From NCBI RefSeq assembly GCF_006345805.1, contig NC_043006.1, positions 64,728,001 through 64,792,000 of the forward strand: DNA of 64,000 bases, in the 5' to 3' direction. A program made the translations under genes and the position numbers. The notes under the pieces are model-generated. The model saw only the letters and a program-made list of their open reading frames with translations. It ran no database searches and was not told the origin of the DNA. Positions within the stretch are counted from its first letter, which is position 1; the number at the start of each line of letters is the position of its first letter. Of this stretch, positions 35,735-48,240 are shown piece by piece. The stretch comes from Octopus sinensis. Taxonomy: Eukaryota.

Positions 35735-36075
35735 CAGGAGTCGCCTAATTACAAGGGGTCGATGCTAGCGAATTACAGGGGGTCGATGCTAGCGCAGGAG
35801 TCGAATGGGGGTCGGCGTGCGAAAGACTAGCTCACTCAGATGAACTGCTTGAAATACTTAGCGCCATGAAACGTGGGAAAACATGAGGCGTTTTTCACAT
35901 CTTTTAACCGTGAAAACAGTTTCATAAAAATTGAAAGTTTAATACTCGTACACGTAGTTTGAAATGAGGAGGGTAGTCGATGCGGAAGAGGTGGCTAAAG
36001 GGGGTCGATGCAGAAGGAAAAGTGGTTGAAGTAGGGGTGGAGGCGTCGATGGTCGAAAAAGTTTGGCGACCCCTA
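35735..36075. mobile_element. hAT-type MITE
   Basis: caggagtcgccta ... tttggcgacccct; imperfect 8-bp TSD ttttaaat / tcataaat; internal ~24-bp repeat. Confidence 0.65.
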
Positions 36076-36109
36076 TCATAAATGCAGAATTTGCACAATG
36101 GATATAATC

Positions 36110-36495
36110 TTTTCTCCTCTAGGCACAAGGCTCGAAATTTTGGGGCAGGGGGCTAGTCAATTAGATCGACCCCAGTACGCAACTGGTACTTAACTTGTCG
36201 ACCCCGAAAGGATGAGAGGCAAAGTTGACCTCGGCGGAATTTGAACTCAGAACGTAAAGACAGACGAAATACCTATTTCTTTACTACCCACAAGGGGCTT
36301 CACAAAGAGAGGACAAACAAGGACAGACAAACGGATTAAGTTGATTACATCGACCCTAGTGCGTAACTGGTACTTAATTTATCGACCCTGAAAGGATGAA
36401 AGGCAAAGTCGACCTCGGCGGAATTTGAACTCAGAACATAAAGACAGACGAAATACCGCTAAGCATTACTGCCCGGCGTGCTAACGTTTCTGCCA
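36110..36495 (-). mobile_element. Dimeric family-B SINE
   Basis: Two cores joined at cgaaatac|ctatttcttt (36272). Confidence 0.88.
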
Positions 36496-36602
36496 AGGCC
36501 AAGACACATCCCTAAGAGACGAGACGGGTGCAAGATTCAAACTGTGGACATTGCACCTTGACTTGCAGGTAACCATGGTAACTTACTGATATGGGTTGGC
36601 GC

Positions 36603-36838
36603 TGTGGTTCTCAACCATTTTATGTCTATGGACCTCTCTAGTTCCTATTTTACTCGAATGGAACCTCATTACCATTCCAGGATTTTAAAATGCCTATAAT
36701 ATTTTTATAATTGAATATTATTAGGAATCGTATTTTAAAAAAAATTGTTTAGATATTTTGTTTATTGTAAAAGTAAAAGTAATTTATTGTAGATAAACTT
36801 GAACAAAATCTTATACAGATCCCAGCGGAGAGCTATTG
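36603..36838. mobile_element. Degraded copy of the hAT MITE at 25363
   Basis: gtggttctcaaccattt..ctatgga ... aacaaaatcttata. Confidence 0.65.
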
Positions 36839-36844
36839 AGTCTG

Positions 36845-37160
36845 AGAGAGAAGGTGGGAGGAGAGAAAAGTGGGAGGAGAGAAAAGTGGGAGGAGAGAAC
36901 AGAGAGAGGAGAGAAAAGAGGGGGTAGAGAAAAGAGGGAGGAGAGAAAAGAGGTGGGGGAGAAAAGTGGGAGGAGAGAAAAGCGGGAGGAACGAAAAGCG
37001 GGAGAAGAGAAAAGAGGGAGAAGAGAAAAGAGGGAGAAGAGAAAAGAGGGAGAAGAGAAAAGAGGGAGGAGAGAAAAGAGGGAGGAGAGAAGAGAGGGAG
37101 AACAATTAAGATCGTGAAAGAGAATAAAATTGCAATGAAGGAAAGAGAAAAAAAAAGGAG
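36845..37160. repeat. Polypurine minisatellite (GAGAAAAGAGGGAG(G/A)A-type, ~16-bp unit)
   Basis: Direct inspection. Confidence 0.9.
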
Positions 37161-37543
37161 AGACGGTTTATATTCTTTTCTTTTATTCTTATACTTGTAA
37201 CAGTCATTTGATTGCGGTCATGCTGGGGCACCGCCTAAAAATGTTTCAGTCGATGAAATCGACCCAGAACTTATGCTTTTTAAGCCTTCTATGGGTCGCT
37301 TTTGCCGAATCGAGGACGTGAACACACCAACACCGGCTGTTAAGCGATGGTTGGGGGGAAACGGACACATACACACACATAATTAATGTGACAGAAGCAG
37401 TATGAATACCAGAAAGTAATATTTATCTCCAACTTAACGTGGAGGTTGTTTTAGATCACAGAATATTGAGTTATTCACATTGAGAGGACCTCTCATAGAC
37501 TCGTGGTGCATAAAAGAACTCTTATTAATATCGTTGACAAACG

Positions 37544-37598
<55 letters not shown>

Positions 37599-37751
37599 GT
37601 TTTTTTGTTTTCGTTACTTATTGCGTCTAGGTTTTTTTTTGATGTCCTGTGCCCATATATGCCTGTATACATATACATATATATGTAGGTATGTACATGT
37701 GTGTATGTATACATGCATATATATATATACGCACACGCGCGCGCGCATATA

Positions 37752-37970
37752 TTGGTACAGGACGTCACCAACGGTGCAAAATAATATAAAATGCGTAAGC
37801 AAACGAGGGAAAAACGAGTGAAATGCGTAAAGAAAAAAAAAATGGAAAATAGGACAAGGTCCTTTCTCTGTGTTTATTTGTCCTGTTTTCCATTTTGTCT
37901 TGTTTACATATTTCAGTTGTTTGCTTACGTATTTCATGTTATTTGCATCGTTGGTGACGTCCTGTACCCA
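37752..37970. mobile_element. Foldback MITE (near-complete imperfect hairpin) in a TA context
   Basis: ggtacaggacgtcaccaacg..ggaaaataggacaa versus ttgtcctgttttcc..cgttggtgacgtcctgtacc; spacer about 20 nt; degraded right end also at about 37640-37660. Confidence 0.85.
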
Positions 37971-38004
37971 TATATGCATGTGTGTGTTTGTGTGTGTGTG
38001 TGTA

Positions 38005-38335
38005 TATTCTTTTATTGGTTTCAGTCATTTGACTGCGGTCATGTTGGAGTACCGCCTTTAGTCAAATAAATCGACCCCAGGACTTATTCTTTGTAAGCCT
38101 AGTACTTGCTCTATCGGTGTTTTTTGCGAAACCGCTAAGTTACAGGGACGTAAGCACACCAGCATCGGTTGTCAAGCGATGGTGGAAGGGAGACAAACAC
38201 AGACACACAAACATATATACATGTAATATATACGACGGGCTTCTTTCAGTTTCCGCCTACCAAGTCCACTCACAAGGTTTTTGGTCGGCCCGAGACTTGC
38301 CCAAGGTGCCACGCAATGGGACTGAACCTGGAACC
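38005..38335 (-). mobile_element. Family-A SINE
   Basis: Reverse complement match. Confidence 0.85.
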
Positions 38336-39418
38336 ACACACTCACAAACGTACTCAAACCTATTAGATGGCACGGTGCAAGCATGGCATTGTCGTCAGCA
38401 AATTCGTTTCGAAACCACGTAATTCGATGCCACTATGTAGGGCTTTTAGTAAGTATCTGATTCTTTCAATATATTGCTTGAAATTTGGTAAAATAGAAAC
38501 TGTACGAAAGCCTGTCATACGCATGCGGATACATACATATATGCCTGCTTGCGTGCATATAAGGTAATCTTATGGAATTTGTTCCGTAAAAAGATGTCCT
38601 TGAAATTAAAAGTGGAAATTATGTCAGTAATGAAGACAATAAAAGGGAGATAGCAGCTGATATCTAACATAATAATAGAGACAGAAACACAATAACATAT
38701 ACAAGTAGTCTCAGTTATCACTGATTCATTCAACAATGATCCAGGATAGCTTGGTACGTTCAATTGTGAACCGTGTTACGCTGATCACGGATTGATCTGT
38801 GATAGCACGGGTTGGCGATCAAAGATACTGCTCGGGCCACAAAAACGTACACCAGGGACCTTTAATACTGATTAGTTATCCAGAATGTAATGACTATTGC
38901 TCCTGTTCACATGACAGTGTTGCGAGGCTGCTTATTTTTTATATGGATTTTCGTACTTGGATTCATAAGCATGGGCGCAGGGAATAGTAAAAAATACGAA
39001 TGCACCTGATCCTTAAAAACGACACATACGAGTGTATTCTCTACAGGAAAAGGTAAAGATTATCAAGTGATGACAGAAGCTTCTCTGCTGTGAGCCGCTA
39101 GTTTGGTGTCAATGAATCTACCATTCATTCCAGAACAAAAGAGCTTGATCCTAATAAACGATGCAGATGAGTGAATTCTCTGCAGGAAAAGGTAGAGACG
39201 AACAAGAAAATACGCGATGGTGGAAGCTTTTGCTGCTGTGGGCTGATAAAATAAGAAACCGATAGAATAAGTAACAGGCTATCAAAAAAATGTCCTGGGG
39301 TCGATTCTTTCGATTAAAATTCTTTAAAGCGGTACCCCAGCATGGCCACAATCTAATGATTGAAGCAAGTAAAAGATAAAATATTACATATTGGCATTCC
39401 TTCCGTATTAGTCTAGAG

Positions 39419-39736
39419 CAGGCCTGGCCAACTTGAATTACGTTGCGGGCCACTTTAATCACAGAAAGGTTTTTGAGGGCTGCTTGTATACTGACAGAAT
39501 TGAAAGCATTTTGCTTTCTCGTGCGATTATTACAATAATGAATGAATGACCGTTGATTCAACATGAAATATTATCTTTGCAAAAACAGTAGTATCTTCCT
39601 TTTTTACTTTCATTTCAATCTTAAGTTTTTGATAAAATTTTTGAAGTGTTTGTTTAAATAAGCCCATTTCAAGAAAGTATCAAGCGGACTGCAAGATAAA
39701 AGTCTGCAGGACGTATGCGGCCCTCAGGTTAGCCTA
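39419..39736. mobile_element. Degraded hAT-like MITE
   Basis: caggcctggccaac..gcgggcc ... gcggccctcaggttagcct; TSD unclear. Confidence 0.45.
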
Positions 39737-39793
39737 AAGTGTTGATATGAAGAGACAACGTCAGTCACATTGTTTTTCAGTTTAGCCTCTTAA

Positions 39794-40397
39794 CCCTTCG
39801 TTAGTCACATGGGGTGTGTTGTCACAGCAAACTTTATTAAATGCTCGTAATTTCTAGTTGGCAACTTATTTAATTTACTTCCTCCGACTCAGTGAAGGTG
39901 TGTTGCAGGTGGTGTGACGCAGTCGTGACTCGGTTGTCGTGGGAGGGAGACGTTGCTTTTGTGACTAACGCAGGTGTCATTTCAATAAATAATTATATCT
40001 TTAGTTCAAGTTTTGATTTAATACATATTGCGACGGAGATTGACTTATGTTATTTTTTTAAATGTTAATATTCACCATAACTATTTAAAAATTCCACAAA
40101 ATGGTGTATTCTGGAGATTTTCAAAATAATCAAAATGGAGATTTTCAAAATAAATGTGATCTGAATCTAAGATTTTTTAAAGTTTTTCCTTAGTTTTATA
40201 ATATAATATATTATATTAATATCAATCAACTACAAGAGTTTCAAACTTCTCAGCAGTGATTGCAGATATATCCTGAACGAACAGAATGAGAATTTTTTTT
40301 TTACCTAATACTAAAACGATAAGTATTTTTGTATTGGGGTTTGTTAACACGTCATCTGACTAAGCATGTTCAGAAAGGTCAGGTGATAAACGAAAGG
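39794..40397. mobile_element. piggyBac-like MITE
   Basis: TTAA|cccttcgttagtc ... gataaacgaaagg|TTAA. Confidence 0.65.
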
Positions 40398-40474
40398 TTA
40401 ACCTATATCATAAGGGAAGGTTGTGTGAGTGAATGACGCCATGTATCGATATTGAAGGATTGCCACACACTCAC

Positions 40475-40516
<42 letters not shown>

Positions 40517-40517
<1 letters not shown>

Positions 40518-41318
40518 TGGCTGATGACATACCCGGTAAATTCCCGGAAAAGCAGGGCTTATCTCTTGATTCCGTTTTCATAATTGTTTCACTAATCCAA
40601 TAACAATACAAAGTCTGTAGCTCTTAAAACGATTTTTGCGTATTTACAGAGAGTACCGAACTGTCTTACACAGGATCTTGTTTTTAGGAATTCCCAACAA
40701 GTTATGAATACCCAAACTGTGAAATTAGTTACCCGATAGTAAGAATTCAAATAAAGTAGCCCCGAAAAGGGCTTTAATGTGTTCCCAGAGTATATAAAAC
40801 ATAAGACGAAATACTAATAAGGTATGTATACTAAAATCGCGAAGCATGTTACGTAATAACAGGTTAATCAGATATGAGATAACAGTTGAAAGTAAATAAC
40901 TCTGAAAAGAGTTTTTGTGTGTTCCCAGAAAATATTACTCTCAGGGACGCTACTGTTGGTATATTTGTGAATAAGTCACGGACAGAAATAAGTGGGACAA
41001 TTGTTTAGGAAAATACTATTTACTTGTTTAAGGTTTGTACTGGATAGAATGTGAAAATAACTAAGTTTAAATACTAAGAAATAAGCATACTCAGTTTCAT
41101 TTTTACCAAATAATTTTGGAAAATGAATGGGTTATTTCCCTTGGATATATATAAGGATCCCTTCCAGGGACCCTATTATCATTTTTTTTCAACAATCTGA
41201 GTATGCCATGAGGTTTCCAGACATGAGTTCTACTCACGTGTCAAGTTTCATCAAAATCGATAAAACGATGTAGGAGTTAGCTAACAACTCCACAAACACA
41301 CACACTGACAGAATTCCC

Positions 41319-41325
<7 letters not shown>
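40517..41325 (-). mobile_element. Non-autonomous Helitron (degraded)
   Basis: Minus 3' end ccgg..ccgggtatg..CCAG|T; near the 5' end the typical aagtttcatcaaaatcg..acacacacactgacaga segment. Confidence 0.6.
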
Positions 41326-41350
<25 letters not shown>

Positions 41351-41364
41351 CACGCACATACATA

Positions 41365-42436
41365 CATAGGGTAAATTGTCTCCACTTTATACTTTTAATT
41401 TCGCATATGCGCATTGTTTGTTTTTGATTTTATCGACTGCACAGTATAGTGGGGTCAGTTGGGCACCATCTGTGAGAAAAATAGCATCATGATGCAATTC
41501 CCTCTGCCAGAAATTTGGAAACGACATGCTGTACTGCTTAGCATTCACACCGGAAGTGATAAAAACAGTGTCGAGAGTAATGAAAATCAAATATCCAATC
41601 AACATTATGAAGTTTGGAGTGATCATTAGTGATGGCAACATCATGCCTCCAATCATCTTCCCTCACGGCTTCAAACTCAACACAGAAGCCTACATTAAGT
41701 GCCTGGAGGAGGTAGTGCTGCCCTGAGTCTAGAGGGTGGCTGTTGGAAGACCCTATTCTGGCAACAGGACTCTGCACTATGCCACACAAACAGGAGAACC
41801 CAGTCATGGTTGTCAGACAATTTCTGCGACCACACTGCCCCCTAATATCTAGCCACCTGTCTCCCTAGATTGCAACCCTCTTGATTATTATGTGTGGGGT
41901 GCAGTTGAGTGAGAGACCAACAAAACGCCTTGTAGCACCAAAGATATACTGAAGGCAAGGATTATGGCAGCATTTACCAACTTAAACAAGGAGACCATCT
42001 AGAAGAATTGCAGGAGATTCCGAAGTCGTCTGGAGGCCATGGTTGAAGCCAATGGCGATTTTATTGGATAAATTTACTCTTTAGTATTTCAAGATATTTT
42101 TGTGTAATTTTGATAAATATATACTATAGGAGTGGCTGTGTGGTAAAAAGCTTGCTTCCCAACCACATGGTTCTGGGTTCAGTCCCACAGCATGGCACCT
42201 TGGGCAAGTGTCTTCTACTATAACCTCGGGCCAACCAAAGCCTTGTGATTGGATTTGGTAGACGGAAACTGAAAGAAGTCCGTCATATATATATATGTTC
42301 AACTAAAGGCAGTGCTCCAGCATGGCTGCAGTCAAATGAAACAAGTAAAATAAAAAAAAAAGAATATTTGTTGAAAGGAGATATCAGTGTTATTTCCATT
42401 TTTGTGTAATTTAGGCGACAATTTATTCACTGCACC

Positions 42437-42440
<4 letters not shown>
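41365..42440 (+). mobile_element. Internally deleted DD37D (maT-type) Tc1/mariner relic, interrupted by a family-A SINE at about 42126-42365
   Basis: FGVIISDGNIMPP..EAYIKCLEEVVLP..WQQDS..DCNPLDYYVWGAVE..RLEAMVEANGDFIG; 37 residues between catalytic Asps in the reconstructed consensus; 3' TIR ..tgcaccctg|TA. Confidence 0.88.
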
Positions 42441-42492
<52 letters not shown>

Positions 42493-43141
42493 CAGATGGT
42501 GGTCACAGTTGGAATGCTGTTAATCATTAAGTTTGTCCGATTCAGAATCATCTGAGCTAAACAATAACGAATATTGCATGCACACACACAATATGTTGCA
42601 ATACCATTGTTATTCAAAACAGTCATTTATTTATAATTGTTATCTAGCAAGAACTACATTATGTTGATAATGTTTTTTAAAACATTAGCAAAAATGGTGC
42701 CACCACTCCCACTACTACTAACGAGAATAATGACAACAAATGTAATTTGTCCTTGATCTTTTTTATTGTAGGGAAACAATGTTGTTTTAATACTTCACTG
42801 ACAAAGTACGGAAATTTTAGGCTCTTAGTTTCAAGCATACAACTGGTGAATGCCCTTGAATGACATAGGAGTCAAATAGAGATCTTTTCTATCCACTTTG
42901 TCAAGTGTGGCTGATGGACGTAAAAACACAACAAACTGATATATCTTTACATTATAGGCGAAGGTGTGGCTGTGTGGTAAGATGTTTGCTTCCCAACGAC
43001 ATGGTTCTGGGTTCAGTCTTGCTGCATGGCACATTTGGGCAAATCTCATCAATTGTAACCCTGTGCTGACCAAAGTCTTGAGAATGGATTTGATAGATGG
43101 AAACTGAAAGAAACTCGTTATGTGTGTATGTATACACATAC

Positions 43142-43184
<43 letters not shown>

Positions 43185-43320
43185 TAAGTTGTTGGTGTTA
43201 GGAAAGGCATCCAGTTGTAGAAACTGTGACAAAGTAGACAGTACAGCTTAGTGCAGTTATCTGACTTGCCAGCTTCTGTCAAAACATCCAATCCATGCCA
43301 GCATGGAAAATGGACATTAA

Positions 43321-43539
43321 CCCTTTCGATACCAACCCGGCTGAAACCGCCTCTGGCTCTGTAGTACAAATGTCTTGTTCTCATAAGTTCTGAATTAAAA
43401 TCTTCCACCAAACCTTAGTCACAATTTATGTTCCTAACACTAGCTTAACGATAACATATTTTACTAAATTCTTTGTTATATTTAAAATCAATTGAAAGAA
43501 ATACAGAGCTTCTCAAAATAAAATACGGTAACGAAAGGG
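43321..43539. mobile_element. piggyBac-type MITE
   Basis: TTAA|CCCTTTCGATACC ... GGTAACGAAAGGG|TTAA (12/13 TIR match); sits in the TTAA of a family-C tail. Confidence 0.92.
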
Positions 43540-43732
43540 TTAAATGATGATTGTGTGTGTCTTTATTTTAACATTTGTTACTTGTCAATAGGTGTTACTG
43601 TCATACAACCAAGGTTTTTCATTCCCAGTCTTCTTTACAAGCATGTCTGGCCATGAGGAAATATTATTTTGCTTGGAAACATGTGAGACTTGGTGACAGG
43701 AAGCACATCAAGCCATAGAAAATCTGCCTTAA

Positions 43733-43955
43733 GCCTCTAGCATTTAAACCAGCCATACTCAACTCAATTGCTCTATTTGTTTTATGCTCAAACCAGCCAG
43801 ACCTGGCCTCTCTCACCTTCCCTATGATGTCATTCTAAAAGTAATCAATCACATCATCAAAATATTAAAGCTCTGAGATAATGTAGGATTAATTAAAAAC
43901 AACCTGAATAAACAGGCAGCATTATATTTGAGAGAGTAATGTGAATGCTAAACTG
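43733..43955. mobile_element. Degraded piggyBac-like MITE
   Basis: ttaagcctctagcattt ... gaatgctaaa. Confidence 0.45.
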
Positions 43956-44798
43956 ACCCCAAATATTGTTTAAAACGGTCATTAATAAGGTATCCAGTGA
44001 ATTGGTCTATAACAATTCATCTACTACCACACAACGACCACACGCACACACATACAACCACACACGACCACATACAACCACAGACACACATGACCACACA
44101 CACACACACGAACACACATATGAACACACACATACAACCACACTTACACGCATACAACCAAAAACAAATTGTTGTGGACGAATTCACCTAGAACCCATTA
44201 ATAAGCATATTTAGCCCATAAAGCACTGGGATTTGCATTTACATAGCATGGACTGCTGAGCACATTGTATGAAAATGAGACTACCATGCACACATAAAAA
44301 ACAAAAAATAATTAAAATATCTTCTTAGTATATAATGGTGGCAAGTTTTACATCATCTGAAAAGCCATTAGTTGAACTATTAGTCGCCTTGCATTCTGGG
44401 GGGTATTGGAGTGTTTGAGTGACATTAGACCCCCAACAAACACCCGTAGATTAAATGCATCTATCTGGGCCATGATTATGGCCTGTCGACCTATGCCTGA
44501 TGGCCACAATTGTGACCCATCACGCTTTATGTGTTAATAGGAAGATAAACTATAAACTTCAAGAGAATACAATATTAAATACAAACTGAATCTCAATACA
44601 TCCCTTCTCAGGGAAAATATTTCCCAACTTAAGTGTAAACAAAAAAATGATTGGACAAAGTTAAAAGAATAAGTTCATCTAATTGAATAGACTCTCCTAC
44701 TTTAATAATAATATTGGTTTCATATATTGACACAAGGCCAGCAATTTTGGGGAGGGGTTAAGTTGAATACATCAACCATCAGTATATGACTGGTACTT

Positions 44799-44958
44799 GT
44801 GCAAGAGTAGCTGTGTGGTAAGCAGCTTGCTTACCTACCACATGGTTCCAGATTCAGTCCCACTGCATGGCATCTTGGGCAAAGTGTCTTCTACTATAGC
44901 TTCGGGCTGACAAAAGCCTTGTGAGTGGATTTGGTAGATGGAAACTGAAAGAAGCCTG

Positions 44959-45006
<48 letters not shown>

Positions 45007-45640
45007 TTGTCCCCTCAACATTGCTGGTGTGTTTATGCCCCCATAACTTAGCGGTTTGGCAAAAGTGACCAATAGAATAAGTACTAGGCTTACAAAGAAT
45101 AAGTCCTGGGATCGATTTGCTTGACTAAAGGCAGTGCTCCAGCATGGCCACAGTCAAATAACAAACAAATTAAAAAGAAAAAAAGAATAATTAATAAGTA
45201 TATTATAATCCTTACTACTGGAGGCACAAGGCCTCAAATTTGTGGGGAGGGGACTAGTCCATTACATTGACCCCAGTGTTTCACTGGTACTAAATTTATT
45301 GAGCCTGAAAGGATGAAAGGCAAAGTTGACCTCCACAGAATTTGAACTTAGAACGTAATGATTGGCGAAATACCGCTAAGGATTTCGTCCAGCATGCTAA
45401 CAATTCTGCCAGGTCACCGCCTTAATTATAATCATTATTATGGTGGTAGTAAGCTGGCAGAAATCATTAGTATGTTAAACTTGCTTGGTAGCATTAATTC
45501 AGAGTTCAAATACCACCGAGGTTGACTTGGCCTTTTGTTCTTTCAATATTGATAATATACATACCAGTTAAGTACTGGGGTCAATGCAATCAACTTAACT
45601 CCTTCATCGAAATTGCTGGTCTTGTGCCAAAATTTGGAAT
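44799..45640. mobile_element. Family-A SINE (+, 44799-45190) followed by two family-B SINEs (-, +), CpG-decayed
   Basis: 6 of 7 consensus CpGs in the family-A head region read TG or CA. Confidence 0.85.
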
Positions 45641-45689
45641 CATGATGTGATGATGATAATAAATAATAATAAATCAAAATCAATCAATA

Positions 45690-46040
45690 TCAATGGAAAT
45701 TGTAGCTGTGATACCAGTGCCGGTGGCACATAAGAGAATCATTCCAAACGTGGCCGTTGCCAGTGCAGCTCTGACTGGCCTCCGTGCCGGTGGCACGTAA
45801 AAAGCACCATCTGATCATGGCCATTGCCAGCCTCGTCTGGCACCTGTGCTGGTGGCACGTAAAAAGCACCCACTACACTCATGGAGTGGTTGGCATTAGG
45901 AAGGGCATCCAGCTGTAGAAACATTGCCAGATCAGACTGGGCCTGGTGCAGCCTTCTGGCTTCCCAGACCCCAGTTGAACCGTCCAACCCATGCCAGCAT
46001 GGAAAGCGGATGCTAAACGATGATGATGATGATGATGATG
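45690..46040 (+). mobile_element. Family-C RTE-tail repeat
   Basis: ggtggcacgtaaaaagcacc x2, ..ccaacccatgccagcatggaaagcggatgctaaacgatgatgatg. Confidence 0.85.
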
Positions 46041-46178
46041 AAGAATAATCAATACAATAGCATGTTCCTATTTGCCTTTTGTGTAAGGCTAAGTAACTCA
46101 GAAAGTAAAAACAAACAATTGGTATTTATGATAGTGGTGGTGGCAGCGGTGGGGGTGATATTGTTGACAATGGTGAAT

Positions 46179-46217
<39 letters not shown>

Positions 46218-47679
46218 GCAAGGGAGTTAAAACATGCAAGAGGAGAAGTACAAAACTGAGAGAGTGAATATGATACACAGAGAGAGAAGGAGAAGAAAGA
46301 AGATAAAATGTAGTGGAACTTGTGACATCACTGCTTCTTTAGTCATCTCATTCTCTCTCTTTCTCTCAAGTATTTTTTAAGTGGATCTTAGTATAGGAAA
46401 TAATGGCATGATTAGTTGGAATTATTACATTTCATTACCGGAAAATTCACTGTAAACATTTTTGCTGTAGGAAAATTTGTCTTTAGAAATTCCACCATAA
46501 AGGAGGCACACAAGATACTGGAAACTAGACTGTAAATATCTTAAAGAAACAACCTCTCTCTAAATGGTTGGGTTCGATGATGAAATTGCCATTTTAGGAA
46601 GATAAAAAAACCCACAAATTTGTTTTTCCAATTTATTATTTTTTTTACAGCAAATTTTCCTATAGCGAAAATGTTTATGATAAAATTTCCTATAACCATT
46701 ACATCTGTACAGCAAACTAAATACTAAGGTTGTCTGTATGTAAGTAAGTAGATAATTATGTATGTCAGTATGTTTCCATCTACTACATTCACTTCCAGTA
46801 TATCAGTGTGTGTATGTGTGTATAAACTTCCAATCATCTTACAGTTTTACAGTAACTGTGGCCTACTGTTAAGGGAACTGCTTATTACTATTTTTATTAG
46901 GGTCTCCTTTTGGAACATTACCATAACTTTTAAAGTGCGTATACTATCACTGTTCATCCCATCTCATTCGATTTCAATGCAAACTCCAAAATTTTCTGTA
47001 ACCAGTAATAAATATCTCATTCCTTGAGCTTGTCTCAATAATGAAGAAGTCGTTAAATGACAGAATTGTCTAAATCAGTGGTTCTCAACTGGGGTCCATA
47101 TGATCCTTGGGGTGGGGGAGCTCTATATGACCCTTGGAGGGTCCATGTATGATTTTGTTGTTAATGTTTATGTGGAATAAATTGGTTATGCTTCTATGAT
47201 ACACAAAATATTTTAACGATTTTTTTTTTATTCAACTCCTAATAATAGGCTCAGAAGTGGCTGTGTGGTAAGAAGCTTGCTACCCAACCACATGGTTCTG
47301 GGTTCAGTCCCATTGTATGGCACCTTGGGCAAGTATCTTCCACTATAGCCTTGGCCTGACCAAAGCCTTGTGAGGGGATCTGGTAGACAGAAACTGAAAG
47401 AAGCCCATCATTTGTGTGTGTGTATATATATATATATTTGTTATTTGTGTCTGTTTGTCCCTCCACCATCACTTGACAACTGACGTTGGTGTGTTTACAT
47501 TCCTGTGTGTGTCTACTTGGATGCCCAGTGTGTGTGTGTGTGTGTGTGTGTAATCACAGTATCAATCAGACCATCAGATGCTGTTATACACTACTGATAA
47601 CAATACACTTCCAATTCTATCTTGATTGCATCATTCTTTTTGGTGCCATTGTTTCATCTTGATAGCTAAAATAGCATGT

Positions 47680-48225
47680 GCGCATGTGAGAACAGCTTGT
47701 AAAGAAGTGCCGATCTCTAATTTTGGAGGGAACCTGTGGTAGAAGTAGACCCAAGGAGACGTGGGATGAGGTGGTGAAGCACGAGCTTTGAACTTTGAGT
47801 CTCTCAGAGGCAATGACAAGTGACTGACATCTTTGGTGATATGCTGTGCTTGAGAAGACCTAGCAAGCCAAGCGAAATCATAGTGATGACTGATGCTGGT
47901 GGCACATGAAAAACTTTTGAGTGCTGGGTCTCATGGAGGCAATGACTGAGACCTTTGGCATTATGCTGTGCTTGAGATTGAAGACTCATCAAGCCAAGTA
48001 AAATTGCAGTCATGGCAGATACTGGTGTCACACAAATGGCACACATGCCAGTGGCACATAAAAGCACCCATTATACTCTTGGAGTGGTTGACATTAGGAA
48101 GGGCATCCAGCTGTAGAAACCACGTCAAATCAGACTGGAGTCTGGTGTAGGCTTCCAGCTTGCCAGCCCTGGTCAAACTATCCAATCCATGCCAGCATGG
48201 ACAACAGATGTTAAATGACGACAAC
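47680..48225 (+). mobile_element. RTE LINE 3' end (ORF2 C-terminus plus tail)
   Basis: KKCRSLILEGTCGRSRPKETWDEVVKHEL*TLSLSEAMTSD*HLW*YAVLEKT*; the three internal stops fall where CGA(Arg) to TGA is expected. Confidence 0.85.
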
Positions 48226-48240
48226 GATAATATATATATA

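Noticed and set aside
40517-40555. CTGATGA..GGAAA motif
   Set aside because: Explained by the Helitron terminal hairpin; stem II does not abut the core
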